Assembly (NCBI GenBank): GCA_905235135.1
Contig: CAJOKR010000005.1
Coordinates: forward strand, 64,142-128,141
Direction: 5' to 3'
DNA: 64,000 bases
Source of the DNA: an uncultured Bacteroidales bacterium
Lineage (GTDB): Bacteria; Bacteroidota; Bacteroidia; Bacteroidales; WCHB1-69
This document shows, in pieces, positions 43,603 to 55,174 of the stretch. Under the pieces are notes generated by a model. The model was not told where the DNA came from and did not search any database. It saw nothing but the letters and a program-made list of their open reading frames with translations. The position numbers and the translations under genes are program-made. Position 1 is the stretch's first letter. Each line of letters starts with the position of its first letter.

Positions 43603-43630
43603 GAGACTTTAGACGTGAGACTTAAGACTT
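43603..43630. repeat. Tandem heptamer (nAGACKT, 4 units) immediately upstream of the MauE-like start codon
   Basis: gagactt tagacgt gagactt aagactt, beginning 4 nt from the ATG at 43599. Confidence 0.8.
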
Positions 43631-43655
43631 GGGAATATATATAACCGTGTAACCT

Positions 43656-45401
43656 TTAAAATCCTTTCGGGATGGAATCTATAAGTTTCTGCGTATAAGC
43701 TGTTTGCGGGTTAGCGCAAAGGGTGTCGGCCTCGTTAGTCTCCACAATGACGCCCTGCTGCATGACGGCGATGCGGTCGGCCATGAACTTTACCACCGAC
43801 AGGTCGTGGGAGATGAAGATGTAGGTGAAATGGTATTCGGATTTGAGCTCGTTGAGGAGATTCAAAACTTGCGCTTGCACAGATACATCGAGGGCGGAAA
43901 CTGATTCATCGCAGATGATGAATTTCGGGTTCACGGCCAATGCGCGTGCGATGGAGATACGCTGCCGCTGTCCGCCGGAAAACTCGTGCGGGTAACGGTA
44001 AAAGTGTGATTCATTGAGACTTACACGTTCCAAAAGCTCAATTACCCTATTCTTTCGCTCTTTGTCGTTGCTCAGGATGCCGTGTACCCGCATCGGTTCC
44101 ATCAACGCCTCGCCGATGGTAAGTCGCTGGTTAAGCGAGGAATAGGGGTCTTGCAGGATGATTTGCAGGTCCTTGCGCATTTTCCGCATCTCCGACGTGG
44201 GGAGCTGCAACAGATTGCATCCTCGATAGAGAACCTCGCCGGATGACGGCTCAATCAACCGCAGCATCGAGCGTCCGAGGGTAGTTTTGCCACACCCAGA
44301 CTCTCCAACTAACCCCAGCGTTTCGCCTTCGTAAATGTCGAGGCTGACATCGTGCAGGGCGTGGAAATACTGCTGTTTCTCGAAAAGTTTGCGCTTGCGG
44401 ACTTTGTAAATCTTGTTGAGATTCTTGATGGTCACGATTTTGTCGCCGGCGTACAAGTGTTGATGGGCGGCTTTCCGCTCTTCTGGCTTAACGGTCAGAC
44501 TATCTGTGATTTGACGCATATCAGCCTCGTCATTCCCTTCAAAATCAGACACTTGAGGCAATTTGCGTAAGCGGGTGGTCATGGAAGGACGACACGCGAT
44601 AAGTTGCTTGGTGTAAGCCTTTTGCGGTTTCAAGAAAAGGTCGCGAACATTATTGTCCTCCACCATCTCGCCCTTGTACATCACGATAGCCCTGTCGGCA
44701 ATTTCAGCCACCACGCCCAAATCGTGGGTGATAAACAGCACCCCCATGCCGTGCTTGTGCTGCAGTGTCCGGATGAGTTCCAGGATGTTTTTCTGAATGG
44801 TGACGTCCAAGGCCGTGGTCGGTTCATCCGCGATGAGCAGCTTGGGGTTGCAGCTCATGGCCATGGCAATCATGATGCGTTGCTTCTGCCCGCCGGAAAG
44901 CTCGTGCGGGTAGGAGTCGAAAATCTGCTTCGGGCGCGGCAGCATCACCTCCTCAAAGAGATTGAGCACCTGCTCTTTGGCCTCTTTCTCGGTGACTTTC
45001 TTGTGCAGGAGAATCTGCTCGGTGATCTGCTCCCCGCAGCGGATGACGGGGTTTAGGGAGGTCATCGGTTCCTGAAAGATCATCCCGATTTTGTTACCCC
45101 GAATGGTCTGCATTACAGACTCTTGCGCCGTCAGCACATTAACGGGTGCCTGGTCGGGACCGTTGGCATGAAAGAGGATGCGACCGGAGTGGTAGCGGGC
45201 AATACCGGGATTCAGCAGCTGCATGACCGAAAGCGCCGTGACGGACTTTCCGGAACCCGACTCCCCGACAATACCCAACGTTTCCCCCTCAGAAAGGGAG
45301 AATTGGATATGATGCAGGATGGGATTCCATTGGGTGTCGCGACGCAGTTCAAGCGACAAATCTTCTATTGCTAACAAAGGATTCATCGCGGCCAAAGACA
45401 T
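43656..45401 (-). CDS. ABC transporter ATP-binding protein with two fused ATPase domains (Dpp/Opp D-F type)
   Basis: Two Walker A motifs (GESGSGKS and GESGCGKT) and two signature motifs (LSGGQKQR and FSGGQRQR). Confidence 0.88.
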   Translation of the reverse strand: MSLAAMNPLLAIEDLSLELRRDTQWNPILHHIQFSLSEGETLGIVGESGSGKSVTALSVMQLLNPGIARYHSGRILFHANGPDQAPVNVLTAQESVMQTIRGNKIGMIFQEPMTSLNPVIRCGEQITEQILLHKKVTEKEAKEQVLNLFEEVMLPRPKQIFDSYPHELSGGQKQRIMIAMAMSCNPKLLIADEPTTALDVTIQKNILELIRTLQHKHGMGVLFITHDLGVVAEIADRAIVMYKGEMVEDNNVRDLFLKPQKAYTKQLIACRPSMTTRLRKLPQVSDFEGNDEADMRQITDSLTVKPEERKAAHQHLYAGDKIVTIKNLNKIYKVRKRKLFEKQQYFHALHDVSLDIYEGETLGLVGESGCGKTTLGRSMLRLIEPSSGEVLYRGCNLLQLPTSEMRKMRKDLQIILQDPYSSLNQRLTIGEALMEPMRVHGILSNDKERKNRVIELLERVSLNESHFYRYPHEFSGGQRQRISIARALAVNPKFIICDESVSALDVSVQAQVLNLLNELKSEYHFTYIFISHDLSVVKFMADRIAVMQQGVIVETNEADTLCANPQTAYTQKLIDSIPKGF

Positions 45402-45431
45402 AGAATGCGCGGTTAGTGCGAAAGAGCTGTG

Positions 45432-45818
45432 CTATTTTTTCTTCTCTTGCAGCTTGGTGTCAATGTCCAGTGTTGCGTGCGGTACGAGTCTCAGTCGTTC
45501 CTTGGGAATCAGTTTGCCGGTGATGCGGTCCACACCGTAGGTCTTGTTCTCAATGCGGACCAGCGCGGCCTCCAAATTGGAGATGTATTTCACTAATCGA
45601 GACATCAGGCGGCCGTTCTCCTCCTTGGAGAGCACCTGGTTGCCTTCTTCGAGGTTCTTGAAGGTCGGGGCAGTGTCTTTCGTGTCATTACCGACACCGC
45701 TGTAAGCCTCCTGATAAACTTCGAGGTTTTTTTTAGCTTCCTCGATCTTTTTCTCAATGAGGGCTCTGAATTCTTCCAAATCTTCGTCCGAATAACGGTT
45801 CACAACGACTTCACTCAT
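45432..45818 (-). CDS. DksA/TraR-family regulator lacking the zinc-finger cysteines (128 aa)
   Basis: A coiled-coil N-terminal part is followed by C-terminal IENKTYGVDRITGKLIPKERLRLVPHATLDIDTK. The usual CxxC...CxxC positions carry V, I, L and D. Confidence 0.6.
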   Translation of the reverse strand: MSEVVVNRYSDEDLEEFRALIEKKIEEAKKNLEVYQEAYSGVGNDTKDTAPTFKNLEEGNQVLSKEENGRLMSRLVKYISNLEAALVRIENKTYGVDRITGKLIPKERLRLVPHATLDIDTKLQEKKK

Positions 45819-45855
45819 AATGGTTTTTCTTTGTTATTAGATGAAAACGAACGCG

Positions 45856-45863
45856 CAAAAATA
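45856..45863 (-). promoter_or_regulatory. -7 promoter box (TATTTTTG on minus strand)
   Basis: Matches TAnnTTTG, 37 nt upstream of the ATG at 45818. Confidence 0.6.
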
Positions 45864-45914
45864 CACTTTTTTCAATCTGAAATGCTCAATGCGCAGGTTT
45901 TTACTTCTTATTGG

Positions 45915-47207
45915 CTAAAAACAGATTACTTTTTTGACAGTTTTATGCCCTTTTTTATACTGAAAACGCACTAAATAAGCACCTTGGCCATACGGGAACG
46001 GATAGTTGAGGTAATGTAAGCCCTCCTCCAAATTTTCCTGATAACGGTTGAGCCGCCGCCCGTCCATCGTGAATAGATCGATGGTATAGGGGCCGGATTC
46101 GTTGCTCTGAAGCTCGATTTGCAGCGTTTCGCGCACCGGATTGGTTACCTTGACGAAAAAGTCGTTTTCGTGCGTCTGCACCCCGACATGCGCGTCGATG
46201 GCCATGTCCATGATGACCGGAAGGTGGTCGGACTGCCGGTACAGCGCGTTGGCCACCTCGTTCGGGACGGAGTTGTTGGCGGGGGAGAGGACGGAACCGT
46301 TGAAGCGCATACCATCCTGCCCCAGAGTTTGATACGAACCTTCTATGATGTGCATACGGTCGCTGCCGTAGTAGAGGTAAGGGGATACCAAGATGATGTC
46401 GAAACGGTCGTCTAAACCGCCGGAAGAGAAACAATCGGCCTCCTGCGTGCGCGTGGATTGCGTGTGCAGGGAGGCAAACTGCGCATTGTTATGCCAGTAC
46501 CCCGGGCTGTTTACGGGATCGTAAAACCGGTAAAGGCTGTTGGAATACTCGGTAAGTTCCTGGTAGGCTGGCTCTTCGCTGCTATAGATGTTGAAATCGC
46601 CGGAAAAAGTGTAGTTGCCGGGTGTTCCGAAGTTAGAAAGACGGGTCATCAGTTTCTGTGCTTGCACGTAACGGGCATTTTCGTTCGTGGTGCCCGTGCC
46701 TGCCTTCAGATGCGCAATCCAAAATGTCATAAAAATGGTGTCGCCCGTGTATAGATTGTCGGCATTATAATAAAAGGTGTAACCGTTAATATCTCTATAT
46801 GAGGTGGTTATGTTGGCCGATTTGTAAAGGGTCAGCTTGCGAGAGTCGTAATAGATCATGTTGGCGATGGTGCCGCCCGACTGGTTAGTGAGCGGTCCGC
46901 GTTGATAATAGTCGATGCCGTCCGTGTTGATGGCATTGTTCAGCAGCCGGTCGGCATACTGATTTTGCGACCCCATCTCGCACACGCAAAACACCGTCGG
47001 ATGCGCATACTGGAAGATGGTTTTGATATACGAATCTTTGTTGTTCAGGTTGTTGGTCATGCTGTTGCAATCCGAAATGCCCGAATTGTTGGTGTAGTAC
47101 ATCAGGTTGTACTGCATCATGCGGATGGTGTCCTGCGCCTGAGCACGTGATACCCCTGTCGCCATTACCAGCAGCAGACAAAATGCGTATATCTTATTGA
47201 TGTTCAT
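45915..47207 (-). CDS. Endonuclease/exonuclease/phosphatase-family protein with a T9SS C-terminal sorting domain
   Basis: Signal peptide from MNINKIYAFCLLLV, with the ATG at 47207. EEP motifs include MQYNLMYY and SDHLPVIMDM, and the C-terminal beta-sandwich CTD reads ...GAYLVRFQYKKGHKTVKKVICF. Confidence 0.8.
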   Translation of the reverse strand: MNINKIYAFCLLLVMATGVSRAQAQDTIRMMQYNLMYYTNNSGISDCNSMTNNLNNKDSYIKTIFQYAHPTVFCVCEMGSQNQYADRLLNNAINTDGIDYYQRGPLTNQSGGTIANMIYYDSRKLTLYKSANITTSYRDINGYTFYYNADNLYTGDTIFMTFWIAHLKAGTGTTNENARYVQAQKLMTRLSNFGTPGNYTFSGDFNIYSSEEPAYQELTEYSNSLYRFYDPVNSPGYWHNNAQFASLHTQSTRTQEADCFSSGGLDDRFDIILVSPYLYYGSDRMHIIEGSYQTLGQDGMRFNGSVLSPANNSVPNEVANALYRQSDHLPVIMDMAIDAHVGVQTHENDFFVKVTNPVRETLQIELQSNESGPYTIDLFTMDGRRLNRYQENLEEGLHYLNYPFPYGQGAYLVRFQYKKGHKTVKKVICF

Positions 47208-47225
47208 GTGATTACAAGGTGTATT

Positions 47226-47253
47226 GAAGAGACGCGCCATGGCACGTCTCTTC
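47226..47253. repeat. REP-like 28-bp palindrome (GAAG-headed variant, CCATGG core)
   Basis: GAAGAGACGCGCCATGGCACGTCTCTTC, lying between same-strand genes. Confidence 0.85.
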
Positions 47254-47269
47254 AATCGGTTACCCAGTA

Positions 47270-47677
47270 TTATTTCTTGTGTTTTTGATAATATTTCACC
47301 CCAATCTTCACATTCTCCTTCACGGCGTTGGAGGAATAGGTCGCGCCAGTCACCGCATCAACATTGGCAGTAGCAGCTTGTGCCACGGTCATGCCATTCC
47401 ATTTGTCTAGCATTCCGCTCTTCACGCGTTCGAAAAAGCCGGGGGTCTCGTCGTTGGGGAGAGCCTCAATCTTTTGGATCTTGTCATTTTTGATGTAAAT
47501 GTTCAGCGGCGTGGGACCATTATAGCCCTGCACGTCGGCTCCCAATTTGGTGGTGTTCACAATGTAAACGCCGTCTTTTTTAGTCATGTGTTCGTCGCCC
47601 GGGGTGCATCCCAACAAAATGGCGAATACCGCCAGCAACATCACGGCACTAATTCCTGCCAAAAGTCCTTTCTTCAT
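47270..47677 (-). CDS. FMN-binding domain lipoprotein (135 aa)
   Basis: MKKGLLAGISAVMLLAVFAILLGC (lipobox) ...VDAVTGATYSSNAV (FMN_bind motif). The ATG at 47677 is preferred. Confidence 0.75.
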   Translation of the reverse strand: MKKGLLAGISAVMLLAVFAILLGCTPGDEHMTKKDGVYIVNTTKLGADVQGYNGPTPLNIYIKNDKIQKIEALPNDETPGFFERVKSGMLDKWNGMTVAQAATANVDAVTGATYSSNAVKENVKIGVKYYQKHKK

Positions 47678-47734
47678 ACTTTTATAAATTAATACATTAA
47701 TATACAATAATTTATCACAACTTGAAAAAGTTTG

Positions 47735-47742
47735 CAAATGTA
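47735..47742 (-). promoter_or_regulatory. -7 promoter box (TACATTTG on minus strand)
   Basis: Matches TAnnTTTG, 57 nt upstream of the ATG at 47677. Confidence 0.45.
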
Positions 47743-47753
47743 CAAAAATTTGA

Positions 47754-50156
<2,403 letters not shown>

Positions 50157-50213
50157 GGGAACGCTTTCCGCTTATCTGTTTGAAGGAGCTGCAGTAAAGC
50201 TGTCGCGGATGGC

Positions 50214-51581
50214 TCACAAATCCCGGTTCCGGGAAGTGGGCATCTTATTGCCTTCCAGCTCTTTGGTGTACTTCTCCGGCTCGGTTTGGAGTAACTCCAA
50301 GGCTTTGTCATACAGAACATCTTTCACGCTCCGTTTGGTCTCCTTGGCCACTTGCAGGGCCTCGTTATACTGTTGTGGATCGTGCGAGAGGTTTTCCCCA
50401 AGATTGCGGGCCATGGAATCTATTGTAGCTTTGTCATAGCAGAGATGCAACAGGGCGCTTGACAAAAAGCTATTGCTGAATTGATACAGCGTCACGGTAT
50501 TATACATCAGCATGATGTAATCGTTGCGCATCAGTTCCTGTTCCATGTCCACCTCCGATGTGGATTTATGCGCGGGGTCGGCATGGATGGAGCTGTTGTA
50601 AAACCAGTAGGGGTTTGACTGGAAAATATCCCAAAGCGGGACTTTGCCGAGAATATTCCAGAAGAAGGAGTCGCCCACGGTCAACAGATTGGGCTTGGCG
50701 GCTGTGGAGTCTTTATCGACACCCACGGCGGCATACATATTTTGCGGTGTTTTAAGGGGGTAAATCAGATTAAGAACCAGTTCGAGATCGTTGTCGGGAG
50801 GTTGAGTCTCATCGTGGTGCTTCCCATAGATGTCGAGATTGACAAGATTTTGATTCCCAAGATGTTCCATATATCTTACGATAGAGTCGAAGGAATACCA
50901 GGCGGCGATGTTGCTCCAGTGTGCTCCGGTTTCCGTAAACAACGGATAATCAACAGTGTCTTTCATGCTTTTGAAAACGGGCACAAAATCAATGTAGTTC
51001 ACCCCAAGCGCATCGAACCGTTTTTTCAGGTAATCGTAAGCGCGGACACCCACCGGTCGGGTATAGGTCCTGTTTTTGGGAAGATATTCCGGGAAAATCA
51101 CATGTTTGCTGGGGTTTATTTCAACGAAAATGTGGATGTCATACTCCTTCAGCAGTTCCTGCACCTTCCACATTCGGAGTGCCTCGGTCTCCAAAATGCG
51201 TTTCATTTCGGTCGTATCGCTGGTATAGTTGTACATCAGACTTTCGTAATGATCCCTGACTCTTTTCTCGCCAAACAGCCAGTTGCCTTTTCCGCGCATC
51301 ACCGTGGCATTGTTCGTCTCGTGGAAACAGCTCCAAAGATACTGATTGTAAAATCGGATCAGCCATTCCCGGAAACCGAAATGGTCCTTCAAATACCAAT
51401 CCACACCGGCTTGGAAAGAGCAGTCTGCATAGCTTTTGAGGGTCAGCTTCGGTTTTTCCGCCTCTACGGTGACCCCGTTGAGCGGCTTGAGGGTGAAAAC
51501 GCCAGTGACGGTTTGGACCAGGAGGAGCATCAAAACCGCTATTGTGCTGACGAATAATATCTTATGGAAGTGTTCTCGCAT
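50214..51581 (-). CDS. AlgX/AlgJ-like (SGNH/DHHW-type) O-acetylation accessory protein, partner of the MBOAT gene
   Basis: It has an N-terminal TM anchor. LKDHFGFREWLIRFYNQ...ETGAHWSN is a D/T-x-HW-type motif. It lies directly downstream of the MBOAT gene. Confidence 0.6.
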   Translation of the reverse strand: MREHFHKILFVSTIAVLMLLLVQTVTGVFTLKPLNGVTVEAEKPKLTLKSYADCSFQAGVDWYLKDHFGFREWLIRFYNQYLWSCFHETNNATVMRGKGNWLFGEKRVRDHYESLMYNYTSDTTEMKRILETEALRMWKVQELLKEYDIHIFVEINPSKHVIFPEYLPKNRTYTRPVGVRAYDYLKKRFDALGVNYIDFVPVFKSMKDTVDYPLFTETGAHWSNIAAWYSFDSIVRYMEHLGNQNLVNLDIYGKHHDETQPPDNDLELVLNLIYPLKTPQNMYAAVGVDKDSTAAKPNLLTVGDSFFWNILGKVPLWDIFQSNPYWFYNSSIHADPAHKSTSEVDMEQELMRNDYIMLMYNTVTLYQFSNSFLSSALLHLCYDKATIDSMARNLGENLSHDPQQYNEALQVAKETKRSVKDVLYDKALELLQTEPEKYTKELEGNKMPTSRNRDL

Positions 51582-51590
51582 AGTCTTGTC

Positions 51591-53009
51591 TTAGAATCTG
51601 AAGTAAATAAACGGACTGAAACCTGTAGCGTTGAGGGAAGCGAGGCAGAATATGAGCAGAAACATACTGATGGACCATGCCGCGAGATGCTGCCTTTTGG
51701 GAAAATCCGTATAGAACACCCTGTTTTGCAACTTTTTCCCAAAGGGGAACAGAACGATGAACGCGAATACTAAAGCAATGGCCAACGTGACGTAGAAATG
51801 CGGGCTTTGGATAGGTATAAACGATTGGAAGTCAAAGGTGAACATCCTTGAGATGAGCGTGAATGCATCCGTAAGGTTTTCATTACGGAAAATGGCCAAA
51901 CCCACTAAAACGATGATGTATGTGATTATGACGCTTGGCGATTTACCCATTTTTTCATAGACCTTCCCCAATCCGATACGCTCCAGTATGAGCCAGAAAC
52001 CATGGTAGGCGCCCCAAAGGACGTAGTTCCAACTTGCTCCATGCCATAATCCGGATAGCAGGAACACGATCCAAAGATTGAAATACATCCTTGGTTTGGA
52101 ACAGCGGTTGCCACCGAGCGGGATGTACAGGTAGTTGCGCATAAAGATGCCGAGTGTGATGTGCCAGCGTTTCCAAAACTCATGGATACTTGCTGAATTA
52201 TACGGATTGTCGAAGTTCTCTGGGAAGTGGAATCCCATGATTTTGCCTAATCCGATGGCCATGTCGGAATAGCCCGAAAAATCAAAATAAATCTGCATGG
52301 AGTATGCGATGATGGTGATCCAGGCGGTGCCGGTGCCCATGGTTAACAAATCGCCCGCTAAAAGTATATCCACCTGACGGCCAATGACATCCGCAATGAG
52401 GACTTTCTTGGAAAGCCCTATCACAAAACGGTAAAACCCCTGGAGGATTTCCGGCCAGTTCTGCTCCCGGTGGCGAATCTCATCGGCGATGTCGCAGTAA
52501 CGCACAATGGGACCCGCGATGAGCTGCGGGAACATGATGATGTAGAGCACGTAGTCGGTAAGCCGTTCCATCGGCTTGTGGACGTTGCGGTAGGTATCGA
52601 CCACGTAGGTGATGGACTGGAACGTGAAGAAGGAGATGCCGATCGGCAGCACCACTTTCGCCAACGTGAAGGGCTCCAACCCGAAAGCGCCAAGCACGGC
52701 ATTCAGGTTGTCCACGAAGAAATTCGCGTACTTGAAATAGGCCAAAAGTCCCAGACTAATCGCTATCGCCAATCCCGCAAACAACTTCTTATGTACAAGA
52801 TTGTCAGAATTATACAACCCTTTTACAAGGTAGAAATTGAGGATTGTGGAACCGAGAAGCAGCAGGATGAAGGTCGGGGCTCCATACGCATAGAAAACGA
52901 CGGAAAATAGCAGCAGAACGATATTCCTCCACCGTTCCGGACATGCAAAATAGCAAATCAGAAAGATGGGTAGAAACAGAATCAGGAAAACGTTGCTACT
53001 GAAAACCAT
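51591..53009 (-). CDS. MBOAT-family O-acyltransferase (AlgI/DltB-like)
   Basis: MVFSSNVFLILFLPIFL...FWKRWHITLGIFMRNYLYIPLGGNR contains the conserved His. The ATG at 53009 is preferred because the GTG at 53033 lies inside a palindromic repeat. Confidence 0.88.
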   Translation of the reverse strand: MVFSSNVFLILFLPIFLICYFACPERWRNIVLLLFSVVFYAYGAPTFILLLLGSTILNFYLVKGLYNSDNLVHKKLFAGLAIAISLGLLAYFKYANFFVDNLNAVLGAFGLEPFTLAKVVLPIGISFFTFQSITYVVDTYRNVHKPMERLTDYVLYIIMFPQLIAGPIVRYCDIADEIRHREQNWPEILQGFYRFVIGLSKKVLIADVIGRQVDILLAGDLLTMGTGTAWITIIAYSMQIYFDFSGYSDMAIGLGKIMGFHFPENFDNPYNSASIHEFWKRWHITLGIFMRNYLYIPLGGNRCSKPRMYFNLWIVFLLSGLWHGASWNYVLWGAYHGFWLILERIGLGKVYEKMGKSPSVIITYIIVLVGLAIFRNENLTDAFTLISRMFTFDFQSFIPIQSPHFYVTLAIALVFAFIVLFPFGKKLQNRVFYTDFPKRQHLAAWSISMFLLIFCLASLNATGFSPFIYFRF

Positions 53010-53021
53010 TTTGGGGTATTT

Positions 53022-53049
53022 GTAGAGACGCACGGCCGTGCATCTCTAC
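53022..53049. repeat. REP-like 28-bp palindrome, GGCC-core subtype
   Basis: GTAGAGACGCACGGCCGTGCATCTCTAC. An extra half-arm ACGTCTCTAT at 53061-53070 contains the TAG stop of upp. Confidence 0.9.
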
Positions 53050-53066
53050 GACAGGCATTTACGTCT

Positions 53067-53723
53067 CTATTCCTTGATACCGTACGCCAGATCCCCAGCA
53101 TCTCCGAGACCCGGCACAATGAAGGACTGTGCGGTAAGTTCCTCATCCACAGCCCCTACCCAGAAGGTGCAGTTGTCGTAAGGGAGCTTGCTCATCACGT
53201 AGTCGAGACCTTGACGACTGACAATGCCGCTCACGATGTGCGTGTGCAACGGGTCGCCCTTGCTCATCAGCTCTTCGTAGGCTAGCACTAACGACTGCCC
53301 TGTGGCCAGCATCGGATCACAAAGAATCAGCGTTTTCTCGTCCAAGTCAGGAGAGGAGAGGTAGTCGATCTGAATCTCGAAGGTACCGTCGCGATAGTAT
53401 TTCCGGAAGGCGGAGATGAAGGCGTTGTCAGCGTGGTCGAAGTAGTTGAGCATACCTTGATGCAACGGCAGACCGGCACGTAAAATCGTGGCCAGCACCG
53501 GTTTCTCCTTCAGCCGCGGAACATTGGCGATACCCAGCGGCGTCACCACCTCTTGGTCTTCGTACGTCATCCGTTTGCTGATCTCGTAGGCGAAAATCTC
53601 ACCGATGCGCTCCAAATTCCGCCGAAAACGCATGCTGTCGGATTGCAATTCAACGCTCCGCACCTCAGCGATGAACTCGTTGAAGAGGGAGTTGGTGTTT
53701 CCTAAAATGTGAAGGTTATTCAT
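53067..53723 (-). CDS. upp: Uracil phosphoribosyltransferase
   Basis: ...ILRAGLPLHQGML...LILCDPMLATGQS...IVPGLGDAGDLAYG. Confidence 0.92.
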   Translation of the reverse strand: MNNLHILGNTNSLFNEFIAEVRSVELQSDSMRFRRNLERIGEIFAYEISKRMTYEDQEVVTPLGIANVPRLKEKPVLATILRAGLPLHQGMLNYFDHADNAFISAFRKYYRDGTFEIQIDYLSSPDLDEKTLILCDPMLATGQSLVLAYEELMSKGDPLHTHIVSGIVSRQGLDYVMSKLPYDNCTFWVGAVDEELTAQSFIVPGLGDAGDLAYGIKE

Positions 53724-53735
53724 AATGTAAAGATT

Positions 53736-53779
53736 GGTTTAAGGTTTAAGGTTTAAGGTTTAAGGTTTAGGGTTTAAGG
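53736..53779. repeat. Tandem heptamer (GGTTTAA, about 6 units) in the upp leader
   Basis: ggtttaa x4, ggtttag, ggtttaa. It lies 13 nt from the upp ATG and reads (TTAAACC)n on the coding strand. Confidence 0.95.
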
Positions 53780-53782
53780 ATT

Positions 53783-53810
53783 GTAGAGACGCACGACCGT
53801 GCGTCTCTAC
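53783..53810. repeat. REP-like 28-bp palindrome, GACC/GGTC-core subtype
   Basis: GTAGAGACGCACGACCGTGCGTCTCTAC, 12 nt downstream of the purB stop. Confidence 0.95.
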
Positions 53811-53821
53811 AATGTTCATAA

Positions 53822-55090
53822 TTAACACCCGAATACCCTCTCGAAAATCGCGGGCACCTGTTTGAGGTAATAATCCAAGGTGAAGCATTGGTCGAGCTCC
53901 TCGGGGGTGAAGTTGGCCATGACGGTTTCGTTCTGGGAGAGCAGTTCCTTGTAGTCCTGACCTTCAAACCAGGCCTTCATGGCGATGGGTTGCACGAGGT
54001 CGTAGGCACTCTCGCGGGAGAAACCCTTGTTGATGAGGGCAGTCATGACGCGCTGTGCGAAGATGACTTTATGAGTCAAGTAGATGTTTTTCAGCATGTT
54101 CTCTGGGAAGACGACGAGGTTCTCCAAGATGTTGCCGAAGCGGTTGAGCATATAGTCGAGCAGGATGGTGGCGTCGGGAAGCATGATACGCTCGGCGGAT
54201 GAGTGGGAGATGTCGCGTTCGTGCCAAAGCGGGATGTTCTCGTAGGCGCTGACCATATAGCCGCGGAGGATTCTCGCGCAGCCGCACATGTTCTCGCTGC
54301 CGATGGGGTTGCGCTTGTGGGGCATCGCGGAGGAGCCTTTCTGCCCTTTGCCGAAGGCCTCTTCCGCCTCACGCAGCTCGGTGCGCTGCCAATGGCGGAC
54401 CTCAATGGCCATCTGCTCCATCGTGGAGGCGATGAGCGCGAGGGTGCCCATGTAGTGCGCATGACGGTCGCGTTGCAGCACCTGAGTGGAGATGCGGGCG
54501 GAATGGATGCCCAACTGCTCGCAGACGTAGTCCTGCACGAACGGCGGGGTGTTGGCGAAATTGCCCACAGCACCGCTGATTTTGCCACACTCCACATCGG
54601 CGGCGGCCATCTCGAAACGTTCCACATTGCGGCGCATCTCTTCGAACCACAACGCCCATTTCAGTCCGAGGGCGGTGATGTCGGCATGTACACCGTGTGT
54701 ACGCCCGATGCAGGGCGTGTCCTTGAACTCGTAAGCTCGTTTCTTGAGAATCTCCGTGAACCGAGAGAGGTCCTTGCGGAGGATATTGTTGGCCTGCTTG
54801 ATGAGGTAGCCGTTGGCGGTATCCACCACATCGGTGGAGGTGAGTCCATAGTGTACCCACTTTTTCTCGTCGCCGAGGCTCTCGCTCACCGCGCGGGTGA
54901 AGGCCACGATATCGTGACGGGTTTCCTTCTCAATTTCGTAGATGCGCTGCACGTCGAAGGTGGCTTTGTCCCTCAGCTTCTGCACATCTTCAGCCGGAAT
55001 CACGCCGAGTTGGCTCCATGCGGCGGCGGCTTCGATTTCCACTTTCAAATAGGCACCGAATTTGTTTTCCTCAGTCCAGACGGCGCTCAT
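53822..55090 (-). CDS. purB: Adenylosuccinate lyase
   Basis: [25 protein letters not shown]...[11 protein letters not shown]... Conserved N-terminal residues continue upstream of this ATG without a canonical start codon (see findings). Confidence 0.92.
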   Translation of the reverse strand: MSAVWTEENKFGAYLKVEIEAAAAWSQLGVIPAEDVQKLRDKATFDVQRIYEIEKETRHDIVAFTRAVSESLGDEKKWVHYGLTSTDVVDTANGYLIKQANNILRKDLSRFTEILKKRAYEFKDTPCIGRTHGVHADITALGLKWALWFEEMRRNVERFEMAAADVECGKISGAVGNFANTPPFVQDYVCEQLGIHSARISTQVLQRDRHAHYMGTLALIASTMEQMAIEVRHWQRTELREAEEAFGKGQKGSSAMPHKRNPIGSENMCGCARILRGYMVSAYENIPLWHERDISHSSAERIMLPDATILLDYMLNRFGNILENLVVFPENMLKNIYLTHKVIFAQRVMTALINKGFSRESAYDLVQPIAMKAWFEGQDYKELLSQNETVMANFTPEELDQCFTLDYYLKQVPAIFERVFGC

Positions 55091-55128
55091 CTCCGGACGC
55101 GGGGTATCATAATTTGGAATTAATTTTT

Positions 55129-55163
55129 AATGTAGAATGAAGAATGAAAAATGAAGAATAATG
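55129..55163. repeat. Tandem heptamer (AATGARR, 5 units) upstream of purB
   Basis: aatgtag aatgaag aatgaaa aatgaag aataatg. Confidence 0.85.
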
Positions 55164-55174
55164 GCGATTAGTTA

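Noticed and set aside
53736-53779. (GGTTTAA)n, which resembles plant-type telomere repeats (CCCTAAA/TTTAGGG).
   Set aside because: It has only 6 units, sits between two bacterial genes in a circular-type chromosome context, and only one unit (GGTTTAG) matches the telomere unit. This is a coincidental similarity.
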